Source of the DNA: Eledone cirrhosa
Taxonomy: Eukaryota
Direction of reading: 5' to 3'
Assembly: GCA_964016885.1 (NCBI GenBank)
Contig: OZ024757.1
Coordinates: 34,844,001-34,908,000 of the forward strand
DNA: 64,000 nucleotides
The translations under genes were made by a program, and so were the position numbers. Below, in pieces: positions 50,928 to 64,000 of this stretch. The notes under the pieces are model-generated. The model had not been told where the DNA came from, searched no databases, and was given only the letters and a program-made list of their open reading frames with translations. Numbering within the stretch: the stretch's first letter is position 1; each line of letters starts with the position of its first letter.

Positions 50928-50995
50928 CTAACACCAGTTCCTTCTCTTCCCAACTTCCACCATTAAACACACAAACAAATCTGTATGTGGAGGCC

Positions 50996-51073
50996 ATGTC
51001 GACTCTGGAATTAACCGACCTGGAAAACAGACGATCTTTATATGAGATTGAGAGGAGTAAATTTGGGGAAGGA
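50996..51073 (+). CDS. TEX47: TEX47-like exon 1
   Basis: GCCATGT Kozak-like context, GTAAGT donor, phase 0; the frame stays open upstream to about 50924. Confidence 0.72.
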
Positions 51074-52452
51074 GTAAGTATATAAAACAGCATTACTTTA
51101 ACTAACATCCATACTAAATACGACAACTCTATATAGCCTGCAACCCCTTCATCCAGCAGCCTTAGAGAGTCCTACAACTTCTTGGTGGGGCAACTCCCAA
51201 GGCCCTGCAAATATCATAGTCCGGCAACTCCCAAGATCCATTAAATCCTATAGTTCGGCAGCCTTTGAGTGTTGTGTATGTATGTATGTATGTGTGTATG
51301 TTTGTGTGTTGTGTGTGTATGGATATGTGTGTGTTGTGTATGTGTGTTATGTATGCTTTGTGTGCTATATACGTGTGTGTTGTGTATGTATGTTGTGTGT
51401 GCTATATACTTGTGTGTTGTATACGTTTGTGATATATACGCATGTGTGTTGTGTACATGTATTGTGTATATGTGTTGTATGTTGTGTATGTATGTATTAT
51501 ATACGTGTGTGTATGTATTATATAGATGTGTGTTACCAGTCCACCACTACCTTCACCACCTCCCAACCTATACCACCACCACCACTACCATTGATACTCC
51601 AATGATACAATCCGGGGCAATGTGGGAGAATAGTTTTAAGTATGAAGGACCCAATTAAAGGGAGGCAACTCATCATCCTTTATCTGTTGATTTATTTATT
51701 TAATTATTCATAATTGTTTCTACTATTGGCACAAGGCCAGCAATTATCGCAGTGTATTACTGGTACTTTATTTTATCGACCCCGTAAGGATGAAAGTCAA
51801 AGTTAACCTCGGCGGAATTTGAACTCAGAATGGCAAGGGCCGTAACTCTATGCATCAAAGCATGGCGTCCCACCCTCTACCGATACTGCCAATCCACCGC
51901 CCTTTTGAAATAAAATAATGGTTTTCTTTTATTTTATTTCAAAATACTCCAATATATTCCTAGGATAAAATTACATGGAAATAATGAAGAATTTAATATT
52001 TAGACAAATGCCATAAATGAGAGGAAAAAGATGAGAAAAACAAGAATTATTAGGCGACAAAAGGGTGGTTGATTGGCAATATCGGTAGAGCGTCGGACAA
52101 TATGCATAGAGTTACGGCCCTTTACACTCTGAGTTCAAATTCTATCGAGGTTAGGTTTGTCTTTCATCCTTACGGGGTGGATAGAATAAAATACCCAGTG
52201 CCAGATTTAACATTGTGCTTAGGTATGCTTAACCACAGGGCCCTGTTGGCCAAGTGGGGTAGGGGAGCCCATCTTCCTGCCAAAACATTTTTTTTCAATG
52301 AATTTGTCAAATGTTTTTTTCAAATGTCAGGGCCCGGGTAAGGGGCCTAATTTTTCCTTAATCCAACACTGAAAGTGCTAGTAATGCATATGTGTTTATG
52401 TGTATATATATATGTATATGTATGTATGTGTATATATATATGTATGTGTGTT

Positions 52453-52493
<41 letters not shown>

Positions 52494-53526
52494 TAGATTG
52501 AGTTATAAACTCAAAATAGTCTTTTACAATTAAATAGCTTGTGTAATATAATTGGATATATGAGAGGGATGAACACAGATATAATTATACATGTGGTCCA
52601 ATTGCAAATGACCAAGTTAGCTGTTTCACAAGAATTATTAAGTGAAAGCCGGAATTCCTGTGTGCGAAACAGATTTTGGGTCTGTCCGGGTATCAAAGGC
52701 TATTGCCCGATATAGGTTTGTTATTTTTATTAATTTACTAGCAGATGTACCCGGCGTTGCTCAGGAAATGAATGACAGCCTGAATTGTTCAAGGTCGTTT
52801 ATGGCTTAGCTAGCAATTTCTGAGTGCATGTCAGCTTATGTCAGCTAATTGGCTAGCCAATGAGAGGTCGCCTCAATAGCACGTGCAAATCGGCCTAGTA
52901 CTTCAAAAGTTTAAAGGAGCCTAGTATTTGTACACAGACAGAGAGAAACACACACACAGACCGACTTGCTTTTATATATATAGATTACTTTAAATCGAGA
53001 CAGGCAAACCATATTGTTTTAAATTAGTATTTTTCAACCTAGCTAATTTGGTCATTTGCAATTGGAACACATGTATACTTGTATCAGTGTTCATCTCTCT
53101 CATATATCCAATTATATATATATATATATATAGTATTAAGGATACTATTTATGGTTATGTATATACTAAAACTTTTTATAGTTATATATATTTTAAACCC
53201 TAAACAGTAAAAGACAGTAATTTATTACTGACTAACAAACTATCCTCTTGCATTATCTTCGTAAACTGCCGATGTTGTATTTTAACTTTAATTTTGTTTT
53301 AATATGATTTTAATTTTTGAATTTAAATTGCCATGCAAAAATATTATAATGGATGTCAGCCCACTGTGCATCGATATATACATATGTTTCTGTATGTCTC
53401 GTGTGTTGGAAAGGAGGTCATGTATGTAAACAATCATTGAAAAATTGCTCCGAAGACTCCAAACCTTGGTTTGGACGAAACAATTGTAAGCTAATAAATG
53501 ATTTGAACAGAACTTTGATTCATGTG

Positions 53527-53566
<40 letters not shown>

Positions 53567-56500
53567 GTGTGTGTTTCAAAATCCTGATATGTTCTCATGT
53601 ATCTGTTGCAGGCCAGCCTGGTTCACCGTTTAATATATATTGCAAACATCAGCAAGGATTCCGGCCATGAGCCCTATACATTCCTCGGTATGTCCTAGAA
53701 CTTTTCATTACCTTAGGGATTTAGGTATATAACAAACTTTCATCATCATTATAATCATCATCATCGTTTGATGTCGATCTTCCACGCTAGCATGGATAAG
53801 ATGTGTTTGTCCCATTTGAGGCAAGTTGAGTCAGGTGACCATCTCTTGCTCATAGGACTATTTCTGGCTGGTTTTCTATGGCTCGATGTCTTTCCTAGCG
53901 CCAACCACATTTACAGTGTGGTCTGGGTGCTTTTTGTCATGTCTCCTACATGACCACTTTATAGTGTCGACTGGGTGCTTTTTGTCATGTCTCCTACATG
54001 ACCACTTTACAGTCTTGACTGGGTGCTTTTTATCATGACACCTACACGTCCACTTTACAGTGTGGACTGAGTGCTTTTTGTTGTGTCTCCTACACGACGA
54101 CTTTACAGTGTGGTCTGGGTGATTTTTGTCATGACACCTACCTGACCACTTTACAGTGTATACTAGGTGCCTTTTGTTTTGTCTCCTACATGTGAACTGG
54201 GTGCTTTTTGTCGTGACAGCTACACAACTACTTTACAGTGTGGACTGGGTGCTTTTTGTCATGACACCTAGACAACCACTTTACAAAATGGACTGGCTGC
54301 TTTTTGTCATGACACCTAGACGACCACTTTACAGTGTGGACTGGGTGCTTTTTGTCGTGTCTCCTACATGACCACTTTACTATGTGGACTGGGTGCTTTT
54401 TGTTGTGTCTCCTACATGACCACTTTATAGTGTGGACTGGGTATTTTTTGTTGTGACACCTACACGACCACTTGACAGTGTGGACTGGGTGCTTTGTGGT
54501 ACCAACATAACTTTACATATATATATATATAATTGAAAAAGTGGAGAATAGCATGGTCAACAGTACAAAAAGGGGGATTTATTTGCAGTCTAACAATTGA
54601 TAGAGTTGTCTAAAAATTGCTGAACACTAAAAGGAGTGCCACTCAATTTTAAATACGATGTTAACTCTACGTAAACCTCTTGTTGAGTCAAGCAACGCCA
54701 TACGTTAAAACTATCCATAATAAGAAGTATTCATAACCTCTAATTGGACTACCTATAACAATATTTTGTTATCCTTTATATATATATATATATATACTAG
54801 CAGAATGGCCCGGCATTGCTCGGGATTTGCTCTAGGGTTCTTATATATTTGATCTATATTTATCCTTATTGAGCCTCGTGAAATAAATACATTTCTTTAT
54901 ATTTTGTTATTGTGTATACAAAAATATCTGTACACGAATATATAATTATATATATATATGAGCAGGGAAAAAGCGGATGTAAAATGAAATGATGATGATG
55001 ATGATATATATATTAAAATAACAGATTAAAGTTTAAGCAAAGAATCGCTGCTTTGACCCTTAACGGGATCTTCTGAAACTAAAAAAAAATCAATCTGCGA
55101 ACGCAAAAGTAAATATTTCGAAAAACGTTTCACACTATATATATATATATATACACACACTATATATACATATATATACACACACACAGCGTCATAATGT
55201 TGTTATGTAGACAGCCAGATATACAGACAGATATTATAAGGGCGCAACGTTATATCTATGTATCTATCTAAAAAGAAAGACTAAGAATTATAGAGAGAGA
55301 TCGCTAAATCGCCCGATGCGGTCCCTAGGGCATTGAAAATTTGAAATTTTCTTTTCTCAAAACACTCACAGGACCATAAGTATTACATGTGTAAAGTTTG
55401 AAAAAAATCTGTTGGGTGGTTCTTGAGTTTTAGGGAGTCAGACAGACAGACAGACATTCTCTGTTTTAGATATATAGATGAATGTATCATCATTTAACCA
55501 CTAACTGATGATGATGATAATGATGTGATTCCATATTCAATTTACACAGGCCATCTTCAGGAAGAACTTCTGCATTTGAGAGAAAAAGAAGGTGAGATTA
55601 TTTCCGGTCTTCTGGTGATGTACCAGGTGCAGTTCTTTGTTGTACTGGAGTCATCGGAGAAGTATATCTCAGCTTTACTACAACACCTCAGGAGTAGCAT
55701 GGGCGGACCACTCATCAATAATGTGAGGCTCCTTGTCATGTCACATGATGTATCCTTCTACCTGTCACCACGACTACGTCTAATTGATAACACAGCAGCT
55801 GTCTAAATTAGACAGCTGCTGTGTTCCGTTTCCGGGTTTTCTCAACTATATATATATATCATCATCATCATCATCATCACCGTTTTACGTCCGTTCTTCC
55901 ACGCTAGCATGGGTTAGACGGGTTGTCCTGTTGTGGGCAGTGTCTGGTCGGCTGACCATGCCTTGCTCATACAGGAACTGATCTGGCTTGATTTCTACAG
56001 CTGGATGCCCTTCCTAACACCAACCTCATTTACAGTGAGTGCTGGGTGCTTTTTCGTGGCGCCTACACGTCCACTTTACAGTGTGGGCTGGGTGCTTCTT
56101 TGCCGTGGCACCTCCACGACCACCTTGCGGTGGGGGGGGGGGGGGACATATTGTTTATATGCTTCAGCATGTACCCATGGGAGGTCGGGTACCCTGTATT
56201 ACTGCGTGACGCCAGAAGTCACGGTCGTGTGTCATTGACTTTGAGAGGTGTAGTTGTATATATATAATAACTAGAAATTGATTAACATATAAATAAACAT
56301 GAATAATCACAGGAGATAATTTTTACAAGTGTGTAAGCACACATAGCTAGGTAGGTAACTAAATAAAGTTAACCAGAACTTCAAAAATAGATACCTTATA
56401 ATATGATTAATCTTCCCTGTATATATTCCATTAAAGAAATATATTTCACCAATTAATCGAATGGTAAACCATGGAGGCCGGTACTTGGATTTTCAACAAG

Positions 56501-59500
56501 GAAGAAGTCCAGCGATCTATGTTTACACTTCAAGTTCAAATCAGCGACTGGCCAGCAACACGTGCTGTATCTACTAGAAATACACACATCATACCAGCTT
56601 CGTCACAGTGGCGTGAATAGGGTTATCGACAACTAGAAACAGCAGTCAAATCCTTTCAACAGAGTTAGCTCTACAATTAAGGGGCGGTATTTATATATAT
56701 ATATAAATGAAAGGATTACAAAGGAGAATATATACTGTCAGAACATGTTTATATAAAAGCACCTACGTACGTTTTGCCCGAAAAGGGCTTCTCAAGTGCA
56801 TAGAAAACTACACAGTGTTCAGTACAGTACCCAGAAGGAGTTTTAAAATGATACATACATCAAAGTTCATTCTTAGTTCAAACCTACACGTTGTTATTAA
56901 CACAGAGCAAGGTGAGTAACTCTGGCCAGTGTCTGAATAATTGTCCCCAAAGGGCTTATTACCCGTTCACATGATGGTGGTTTTCCATTACTAATTTGTG
57001 GGTACTACTTTACTATTGTCAATTCAGGCAGGCGTCTGAGATGCATAGTTGGTGTACAGATGTTTATTTGCGCAGCCTACCCACTGGAGTGTTATGGTTT
57101 GGTGCAGGGGGACCCAGTTTATGGTTTTCAGGTCTCTGTCCTTTTCCATCCGAAGAAATTGGGCTGTCCAGAATTAGCCGTCGAAACGGCTTGAGCTCAG
57201 CCGTCGGGGTCCTACTCGTTCCTATTATATATATGTGAATACAGTGAAGGAGGCAGAGGATTTGATGCGGGAGGTTGAGACTGTGTCGATGAGTGTGGGG
57301 CTGAGAATGAATGAGACTAAAACAAAATATCTGGTAGAGAATGTTGAGAAGCCAGAGGGGATCACTAATGTAGGCGGGAGGCCGCTGGAATTGGTTGAGG
57401 ACTTCCTGTATTTGGGAGCAAAGATTGGGAATACGGAAGATGATGTGGTTGGGAGGAAGAGCAAGGCCTGGGCGGCGTGCTACAGCTTGAGATCGGTGTG
57501 GAAGTCGGACCTTCATAGAGACCTGAAAATCCGCCTCTTCATTGCTGTAGTGGAGTCTGTGCTGCTGTATGGGTCTGAGACTTGGACACTGACCAAGAAA
57601 CTCACTCAGATGTGGATGGGTGCTACACAAGAATGCTGAGGATGGCTCTGAACATTAATCAGTATACACTGAGGATGAAAAACTCAGAGCTGTATGGGAG
57701 CATCTCAAAAGTCAGCTCAAAAGTGACACAGAGGAGACTGAGGTTGGCTGGACATGCTCACCGACATCCAGAGTTGACATTGCACTCAGTGCTCCTGTGG
57801 GAGCCCCTACATGGACACACTAGAAGAGGAAGACCAAGGTTAACGTATGTTGATGCCCTAAGGACAGACACTGGTCTGTTGGAGATGCAGGACATGGCAG
57901 CGATAATGAGGGACAGAGACCGCTGGAGAGAACTCGTCCATGGATCTCGGGAATTTTACCCGCCTTAGAGATATATATATAGAGAGAGAGAGAGTGAGTG
58001 AGATAGAGAGATAAGTTGATAAATAGATAATATATGGATGTGAATGCAATCACACACATGTACACATACAGACACACACACACCCACATGTGATATTGAA
58101 CAACTGTCCGGATATTTTACCCTCCTTAACCACCATTTTGAAAAGGTTACTCGCTTGTTTAGACAGATGCATTTCTGTCTATTGGATATTCATTCTCAGA
58201 ACATGGAGGTGTTTGAAAGTCTGGAGCCCCTCGAGAAACTGCAGCTTGATCTCATCCAACAGATCCTCGTTCTCAGCACCCACCTAAACCAACAAATTAA
58301 AGTAAGTTTGCCTCTTTTACATATGTATCATCACCATCACCACCATCATCGCCAACTTCATCACCATCACCACCATCATCGCCAACTCCATCATCACAAT
58401 CATCACCATCATCATCATCATCATATATAAGCTGAGTATCAATCTTTTTGCAGGGTGACTTCCAGAAAGTTCTTGAAACCCTAAGTACCAAAAACCCAAC
58501 ATTACTGCCACAACAAGGTAAACCTCATTGGTAGGGCATCTTTATTACCAACTAGGTGCAGACCTAAACGAGGGGCATTATTGAACCTGAAAAGAAAAAT
58601 CACATGTTTATACAGGTCTGGTGATACTCTTAAGGTCAACTAGGGGCGGTGGATTGGCATTACTGAATCTTAAAGGATCACAGTTTTATATAGGGCTAGT
58701 GATATTATTAAGGTCAACTAGGCAGTTACCTAGGGTACAGACTTTAGAGAGGGATATTACTGAATCTTAAAGGATCACAGTCTTATATATAGGGCTGGTG
58801 CTCCTATTAAGGTCAACTAGGCAGCCATCTAGGGCAAAATTTTGAATATTTTAAAAATTAATTAAGAATGATAGATTGTTTCTCATTAGAACTATGGTAA
58901 CAAGAAAGTTGAAGTGTTTATTATCACTGTTTAACATCCAATTTTTAGTCCAGCATGGATTAGATGACTGTGTCTAGTACAGAACTGTTTCTGGCTTGGT
59001 TTCTACAGCTGGAAACCCTAGTGCCAACCACATTCCCAGTATGGACCAGGTGCTTTTTATCGTGGCACCAAAACGACCAAAAACCTTCCATCATAATTTT
59101 ATGTTAAATCCTTTGTTAAGATATGTTCCAAACACCTTCTTAAAAATGACAAAGTTATAATACTAAATACCTACAAATTTTTTATTATTTTTAAAATGAA
59201 TTACGAGAGTCGGCTGAAAAGTTCATACGCTGAAATGAAAAGGTCATAAGCTGACCAAGATACTCTCATGGAATGACCAAATGAGATTTATTTTTCAACA
59301 TACTTCCTGGAAAGAAACAATGCAGTTATTAATAAGAGTTGAAATTAATGCATGCAGAATTTCACAGCTTTAGCATCACTCCTTCATAGTCAGCCTATGA
59401 ACCTTTCAGCCCACCCTCATAAGAATGATAGGCAGTGGTTTTCATTAGAAATATGGTAACAAAAGGGACAGTATTGCTCATTAACCCTTTAGCATTTCCA

Positions 59501-61562
59501 TTACTCTATATTTACTATTATATTTTCACAATAAAGGCTTTATCCTACATAATAGCTCACATAATATTGAATCTATAAGATTTTGATATTATTTATTTTG
59601 AGAACAATACTTTAACATAAGTATGAGTGGCCAATTATAGCCGGTTTGAACAGAGAGAGGTGAGAGAATTCTGGCCGAATATGGCCAGTTTAAATGCTAA
59701 AGGTTTAAGAATCTATTGTATGTCCTTAGCAGAAGTTCCATGGTTTGTTTCTATGTTACAGACTTGATCCATTATTTACTGAAGAATGAAGATCAAGAAG
59801 GAATGACTATAGACGAGCTCATAGACATGTTCACAAAACCATTTGATATTATTCTTCATTCTGGTAAGTTATTGTTGTAACACTTTAAACTTTTTTTGAT
59901 ATCAAGCAATTCCCGAGTGCAACCCTTGGTTCTACTATACAAAACTTTTCATTTTAAAGTGTTTGCATTTATCTATAAATCTTCCCTCATAATTTTATGT
60001 AAGGGGTACAAGCTGAAGCTGAAGCATATAGACAATATGCCCCCACACCCTCCCACTGTAAAGTAGTCGTGTAAGTGCCACGGAAAAAAGGCACCCAGCC
60101 CACACTGTAAAGTGGACGTGTAGGCACCACGGAAAAAAAGCACCCAGCATGCACTGTAAATGAGGTTGGTGTTAGGAAGGGCATCCAGCTGTAGAAATCA
60201 AGCCAGAATCAGTTCCTGTATGAGCAAGGCATGGTCAGCTGACCAGACACTGGCCACAACAGGACAACTCGTCTAACCCATGCTAGCGTGGAAGAACAGA
60301 CGTAAAATGGTAATGATGATGATGAACCTTTGTTAAGTTATGTTCCAAATACCAAACCATCCTTGGTTCTACAATACAAAGCTGTTTGTTTTAAAGGTTT
60401 TACATTTATCTATAAACCTTCCTTCATAATTTTATGTAAGAACCTTTGTTAAGTTATGTTCCAGATACCAAACCACCTGAAACCACTCCTGGTTCTACAA
60501 TATAAAACTATTCATTTTAAAGTGTTTAGATTTATCTAAACACCTTCCATCATAACTTTATATAAGAACCTTTATTGAGTTATGTTCCAAATACCAGTTT
60601 AATAATTATTATGCAAGCATGGGTGTCTTCTACCATGGGTTGCCCAATAGCCTGAGGGGGAAATTTGGTAGACAAAAACTACAGAAGCCCATCGTATACG
60701 AGGGTCAGCTGAAAAGTTCATAGGCTGACCAAGATACTCTTATGGAATGACCAAATGAGGTATATTTTTCAACATAGTCCCTGGAAAGAAACACTGCTGT
60801 TATTAATAAGAAGAGTTGAAATTAATGCATGCAAGATTTCATAGCTCTAGCATCACTCCTTCATTATCAGCCTATGACCAAGATACTCTCATGGAATGAC
60901 CAAATGAGGTTTATTTTTCAACATAGTCTCTGGAAAGAAACAATGCAGTTATTAATAAGAAGAGTTGAAATTAATGCATGCAAGATTTCACAGTACTAGC
61001 ATCACTCCTTCATAGTCAGCCTCTGAATGTTTAAGCCAGCCCTCATATACACAGATTTTGTGGTTGCTGCTGTTGAATAGGCGGGGAATTGGCAAAGTTG
61101 TAAGAAAATCGAATAAAATGCTTTGTGATATTCAGTTTGACTCTCTTCTCTCTGAGTTCAAATCCCGCCAAGGTCAACTTTGCTTTTCATCCATTCATGG
61201 TTGATAAAACAAGTACCAGTTTAATACTGGGGTTGATTCTTCCTCTATATCTCTTTCTCACTTCCTTTCTTTCAATCTCTCTATCTTTCTCTGGAAGAAA
61301 TCTGCTGTATTCAGGCCTGGGGAGGAGACAGGCTCCGCCAGGTTTAAAAAAATGCTCCCTAGAAATGCCATATATCAATATGGCACCCCTATGACTACCC
61401 CAACAATAATGGGTTCATACCATGTTGTTGTTGTTGTTGCTGCTGCTGCTGCTGCTCAAATTGTTGTTGTTGTTGTTGTTGTTGTTTATTTTTTATCCCT
61501 TCCCTCCAGATTTGGTATGGCCATTGCCGAAATATCTCTACCCCAACGACTACATGGAATAA
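50996..61562 (+). CDS. TEX47: TEX47 (C7orf62)-like protein, 7 coding exons, about 242 aa
   Basis: Exons 50996-51073, 53612-53687, 55550-55749, 58146-58301, 58454-58517, 59762-59863, 61510-61562; phases join (729 nt). LVHRLIYIA, EIISGLLVMY..VVLESS, RLLVMSHD, RLF, NPTLLPQQ and MFTKPFDIILHSDLVWPLP parallel vertebrate TEX47 as I recall it (TGLLLIYP..ILESS, IVVISHN, MYNKPIHITLDSEVVWP). Confidence 0.85.
52737..52984 (-). mobile_element. Short non-autonomous Helitron-like element
   Basis: same termini as 30034-30966. Confidence 0.7.
53612..53687 (+). CDS. TEX47: TEX47-like exon 2
   Basis: GCAG acceptor, GTATGT donor. Confidence 0.82.
54796..55478 (-). mobile_element. Non-autonomous Helitron-like element
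   Basis: same termini (TC..., (CTGT)n, hairpin plus CTAGT). Confidence 0.7.
55550..55749 (+). CDS. TEX47: TEX47-like exon 3
   Basis: CAG acceptor; ends at U12-type donor GTATCCTT. Confidence 0.88.
55750..58145 (+). other. U12-type (minor spliceosome) GT-AG intron
   Basis: 5' splice site GTATCCTTC; branch site TCCTTAAC at 58123-58130; AG ending 15 nt downstream; no polypyrimidine tract; in-frame join SHD|VTRLF. Confidence 0.85.
57232..57968 (+). mobile_element. RTE-type LINE 3' fragment with a frameshift
   Basis: GLRMNETKTKY, DFLYLG, LLYGSETW, DGCYTRMLRMALNI, RLRLAGH, RGRPRLTYVD. Confidence 0.88.
58146..58301 (+). CDS. TEX47: TEX47-like exon 4
   Basis: Follows the U12 acceptor; GTAAGT donor. 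Confidence 0.85.
58454..58517 (+). CDS. TEX47: TEX47-like exon 5
   Basis: TTTTTGCAG acceptor, GTAAA donor. Confidence 0.82.
59762..59863 (+). CDS. TEX47: TEX47-like exon 6
   Basis: ACAG acceptor, GTAAGT donor; MFTKPFDIILHS. Confidence 0.87.
60697..61046. mobile_element. Mariner-like MITE (internal duplication in this copy)
   Basis: TA-CGAGGGTCAGCTGAAAAGTTCATAGGCTGAC ... GTCAGCC..CCCTCA-TA; copies at 21586-21778, 22366-22562, 34536-34738, 59202-59421. Confidence 0.75.
61080..61420 (+). mobile_element. SINE family B variant with a longer 3' body
   Basis: shared head and core, then ttcctctatatctc..agaaatctgctgtattcagacctgg; copies at 3410-3740 (-), 11535-11780, 15905-16195, 28860-29065 (-), 34210-34535. 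Confidence 0.75.
61510..61562 (+). CDS. TEX47: TEX47-like last exon (DLVWPLPKYLYPNDYME*)
   Basis: CCAG acceptor, TAA stop, conserved VWP. Confidence 0.87.
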
Positions 61563-61939
61563 GGGAGCAACAGTGGTGGTGGTGGTGGCGGCGGCGGCGG
61601 CGGTGGTGGTGGTGGCAGTGGTGGTAGCTAACCATCACCATCACCACCACCATCATCACCATCATCATCACCATCATCATCACCATCACCATCATCATCA
61701 TCATCATTACCATAAGCAGTGGTAGTGAAGAAGAAAGCTGGGTTAAATTATTGAACAGTGTAAATGGACTAATAAATCATACATATATCCATTTCTTTCG
61801 TCTTCTTATTATTATTCTCCTCCCACCTCCCCCCCCCCCCACATTATGATCGTATGTCCAACACTCTTACCACTAGGCCACGTGCCTCCGTGTGTGAGTA
61901 TATATATATATCTAGGGCGGGTAAACTTCCCGAGATCCA

Positions 61940-63095
61940 TGGTGGTGGTGGTGGTGTTGGTGTTGGTGGTAGTGTTGGTGGTGGTGGTGGTGGTGGTGGT
62001 AGTGGTAGTGTTGGTGTTGGCGGTGGTGGTGGTGGTGGTGGTGGTGTTGGTGGTGGTGGTGTTGGTGTTGGTGGTGTTGATGGTGGTAGTGTTGGTGGTG
62101 GTGGTGGTAGTGTTGGTGGTGGTGGTGGCGGTGGTGGTGGTGGTGGTGGTGGTGTTGGTGGTGGTGGTGTTGGTGGTGGTGTTGGTGTTGGTGGTAGTGT
62201 TGGTGGTGGTGGTGGTGGTGGTGGTAGTGGTGGTGGTGGTGGTGGTGGTGGTGGTGGTGTTGGTGGTGTTGATGGTGGTAGTGTTGGTGGTGGTGGTGGT
62301 GGTGGTAGTGTTGGTGGTGGTGTTGGCGGTGGTGGTGGTGGTGGTGGTGGTGGTGGTGGTGGTGGTGGTGGTAGTGTTGGTGGCGGTGGTGGTGTTGGTG
62401 GTGGTGGTGGTGTTGGTGGTGGTGGTGGTGTTGGTAGTGTTGGTGGTGGTGTTGGCGGTGTTGGTGGTGGTGTTGGCGGTGTTGGTGGTGGTGGTGTTGG
62501 TGGTGGTGGTGTTGGTGGTGGTAGTGTTGGTGGTGGTGGTGTTGGTGGTGTTGGTGTTGGTGGTGGTGGTGTTGGTAGTGTTGGTGGTGGTGTTGGTGGT
62601 GGTGTTGGTGTTGGCGGTGTTGTTGGTGGTGGTGGTGTTGGTGGTGGTGGTGGTGGTGATGTTGGTGGTGGTGGTGTTGATGTTGTTGGTGGTGGTGGTG
62701 GTGGTAGTGTTGGTGGTGGTGTTGGTGGTGGCGGTGGTGGTGGTGGTGTTGGTGTTGGTGGTGGTCTTGGTGGTGTTGGTGTTGGTGGTGGTGTTGATGT
62801 TGGTGTTGGTGGTAGTGTTGGTGGTGGTGTTGGTGGTGGCGGTGGTGGTGGTGGTGGCGGTGGTGGTGGTGGTGGTGGTGGTGGTGTTGGTGGTGGTGTT
62901 GGTGGTGTTGGTGTTGGTGGTGTTGGGGTTGGTGGTTTGGTGGTGTTGGTGGTGTTGTTGGTGTTGGCGGTGTTGGTGGTGGTGTTAATGGTGTTGGTGG
63001 TGTTAGGGTTGGTGGTGTTGGTGGTGTTGTTGGTGTTGGCGGTGTTGGTGGTGGTGTTAGTGGTGTTAGTGGTGTTGGTGGTGCTGTTGGTGTTT
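61940..63095. repeat. (GGT/GTT)n microsatellite, about 1.15 kb
   Basis: direct inspection; gives spurious poly-G, poly-P and poly-V ORFs. Confidence 0.95.
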
Positions 63096-63235
63096 GAGGA
63101 AATGGGATTGGATTTATTCTCTTCCTGCAAGGTAAAAGTCTTTCTCTAAGAACAATGTAGAAATAGTGTATATATATATATATGCGTGTGTGTGTGTGTG
63201 TGTATACATATATATATATATATGTGTGCGTGTGT

Positions 63236-63287
<52 letters not shown>

Positions 63288-63389
63288 AGGGGTAGGAGGA
63301 GGAAGATACAGTGTAATTAGATGGAAGCTAAACAAGAGGCGAACTGGCTCTTTGTGAGGAATTTCTGTTTAGCAATGCTTTGATGTGGA

Positions 63390-64000
<611 letters not shown>

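Noticed and set aside
61844-63149. Poly-Pro, poly-Gly and poly-Val ORFs resembling extensin or glycine-rich structural proteins
   Set aside because: Open in several frames on both strands because (GGT)n lacks stops; no splice or domain support

Overview
AT-rich, microsatellite- and SINE-dense animal genomic DNA. The repeat content suggests an octopus or other cephalopod, but this is inference. I reconstructed four intron-rich genes by hand, with consistent splice phases, arranged as two divergent pairs joined tail-to-tail. They are ALDH16A1-like (minus, 12 coding exons visible, runs off the left edge), PIH1D1 (plus, 10 exons, about 315 aa), PDRG1 (minus, 3-4 exons) and TEX47/C7orf62-like (plus, 7 exons, about 242 aa). 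Highlights: (1) a dispersed family of type-I hammerhead ribozyme motifs, including a palindromic head-to-head pair between PDRG1 and TEX47; intronic copies with intact cores are antisense to their host gene, while sense copies carry disrupting changes; (2) a U12-type (minor spliceosome) intron in TEX47; (3) an 82-bp tandem array that multiplies the 3' end and splice donor of an ALDH16 exon about 17-20 times; (4) the ALDH16A1-PIH1D1 head-to-head pair also known from human; (5) two PAQosome subunit genes (PIH1D1, PDRG1) side by side. The rest is RTE LINE fragments, tRNA-derived SINEs, Helitron-like elements, piggyBac-, mariner- and pogo-like MITEs, and mini/microsatellites. Most ORFs in the supplied track are artefacts of simple repeats.
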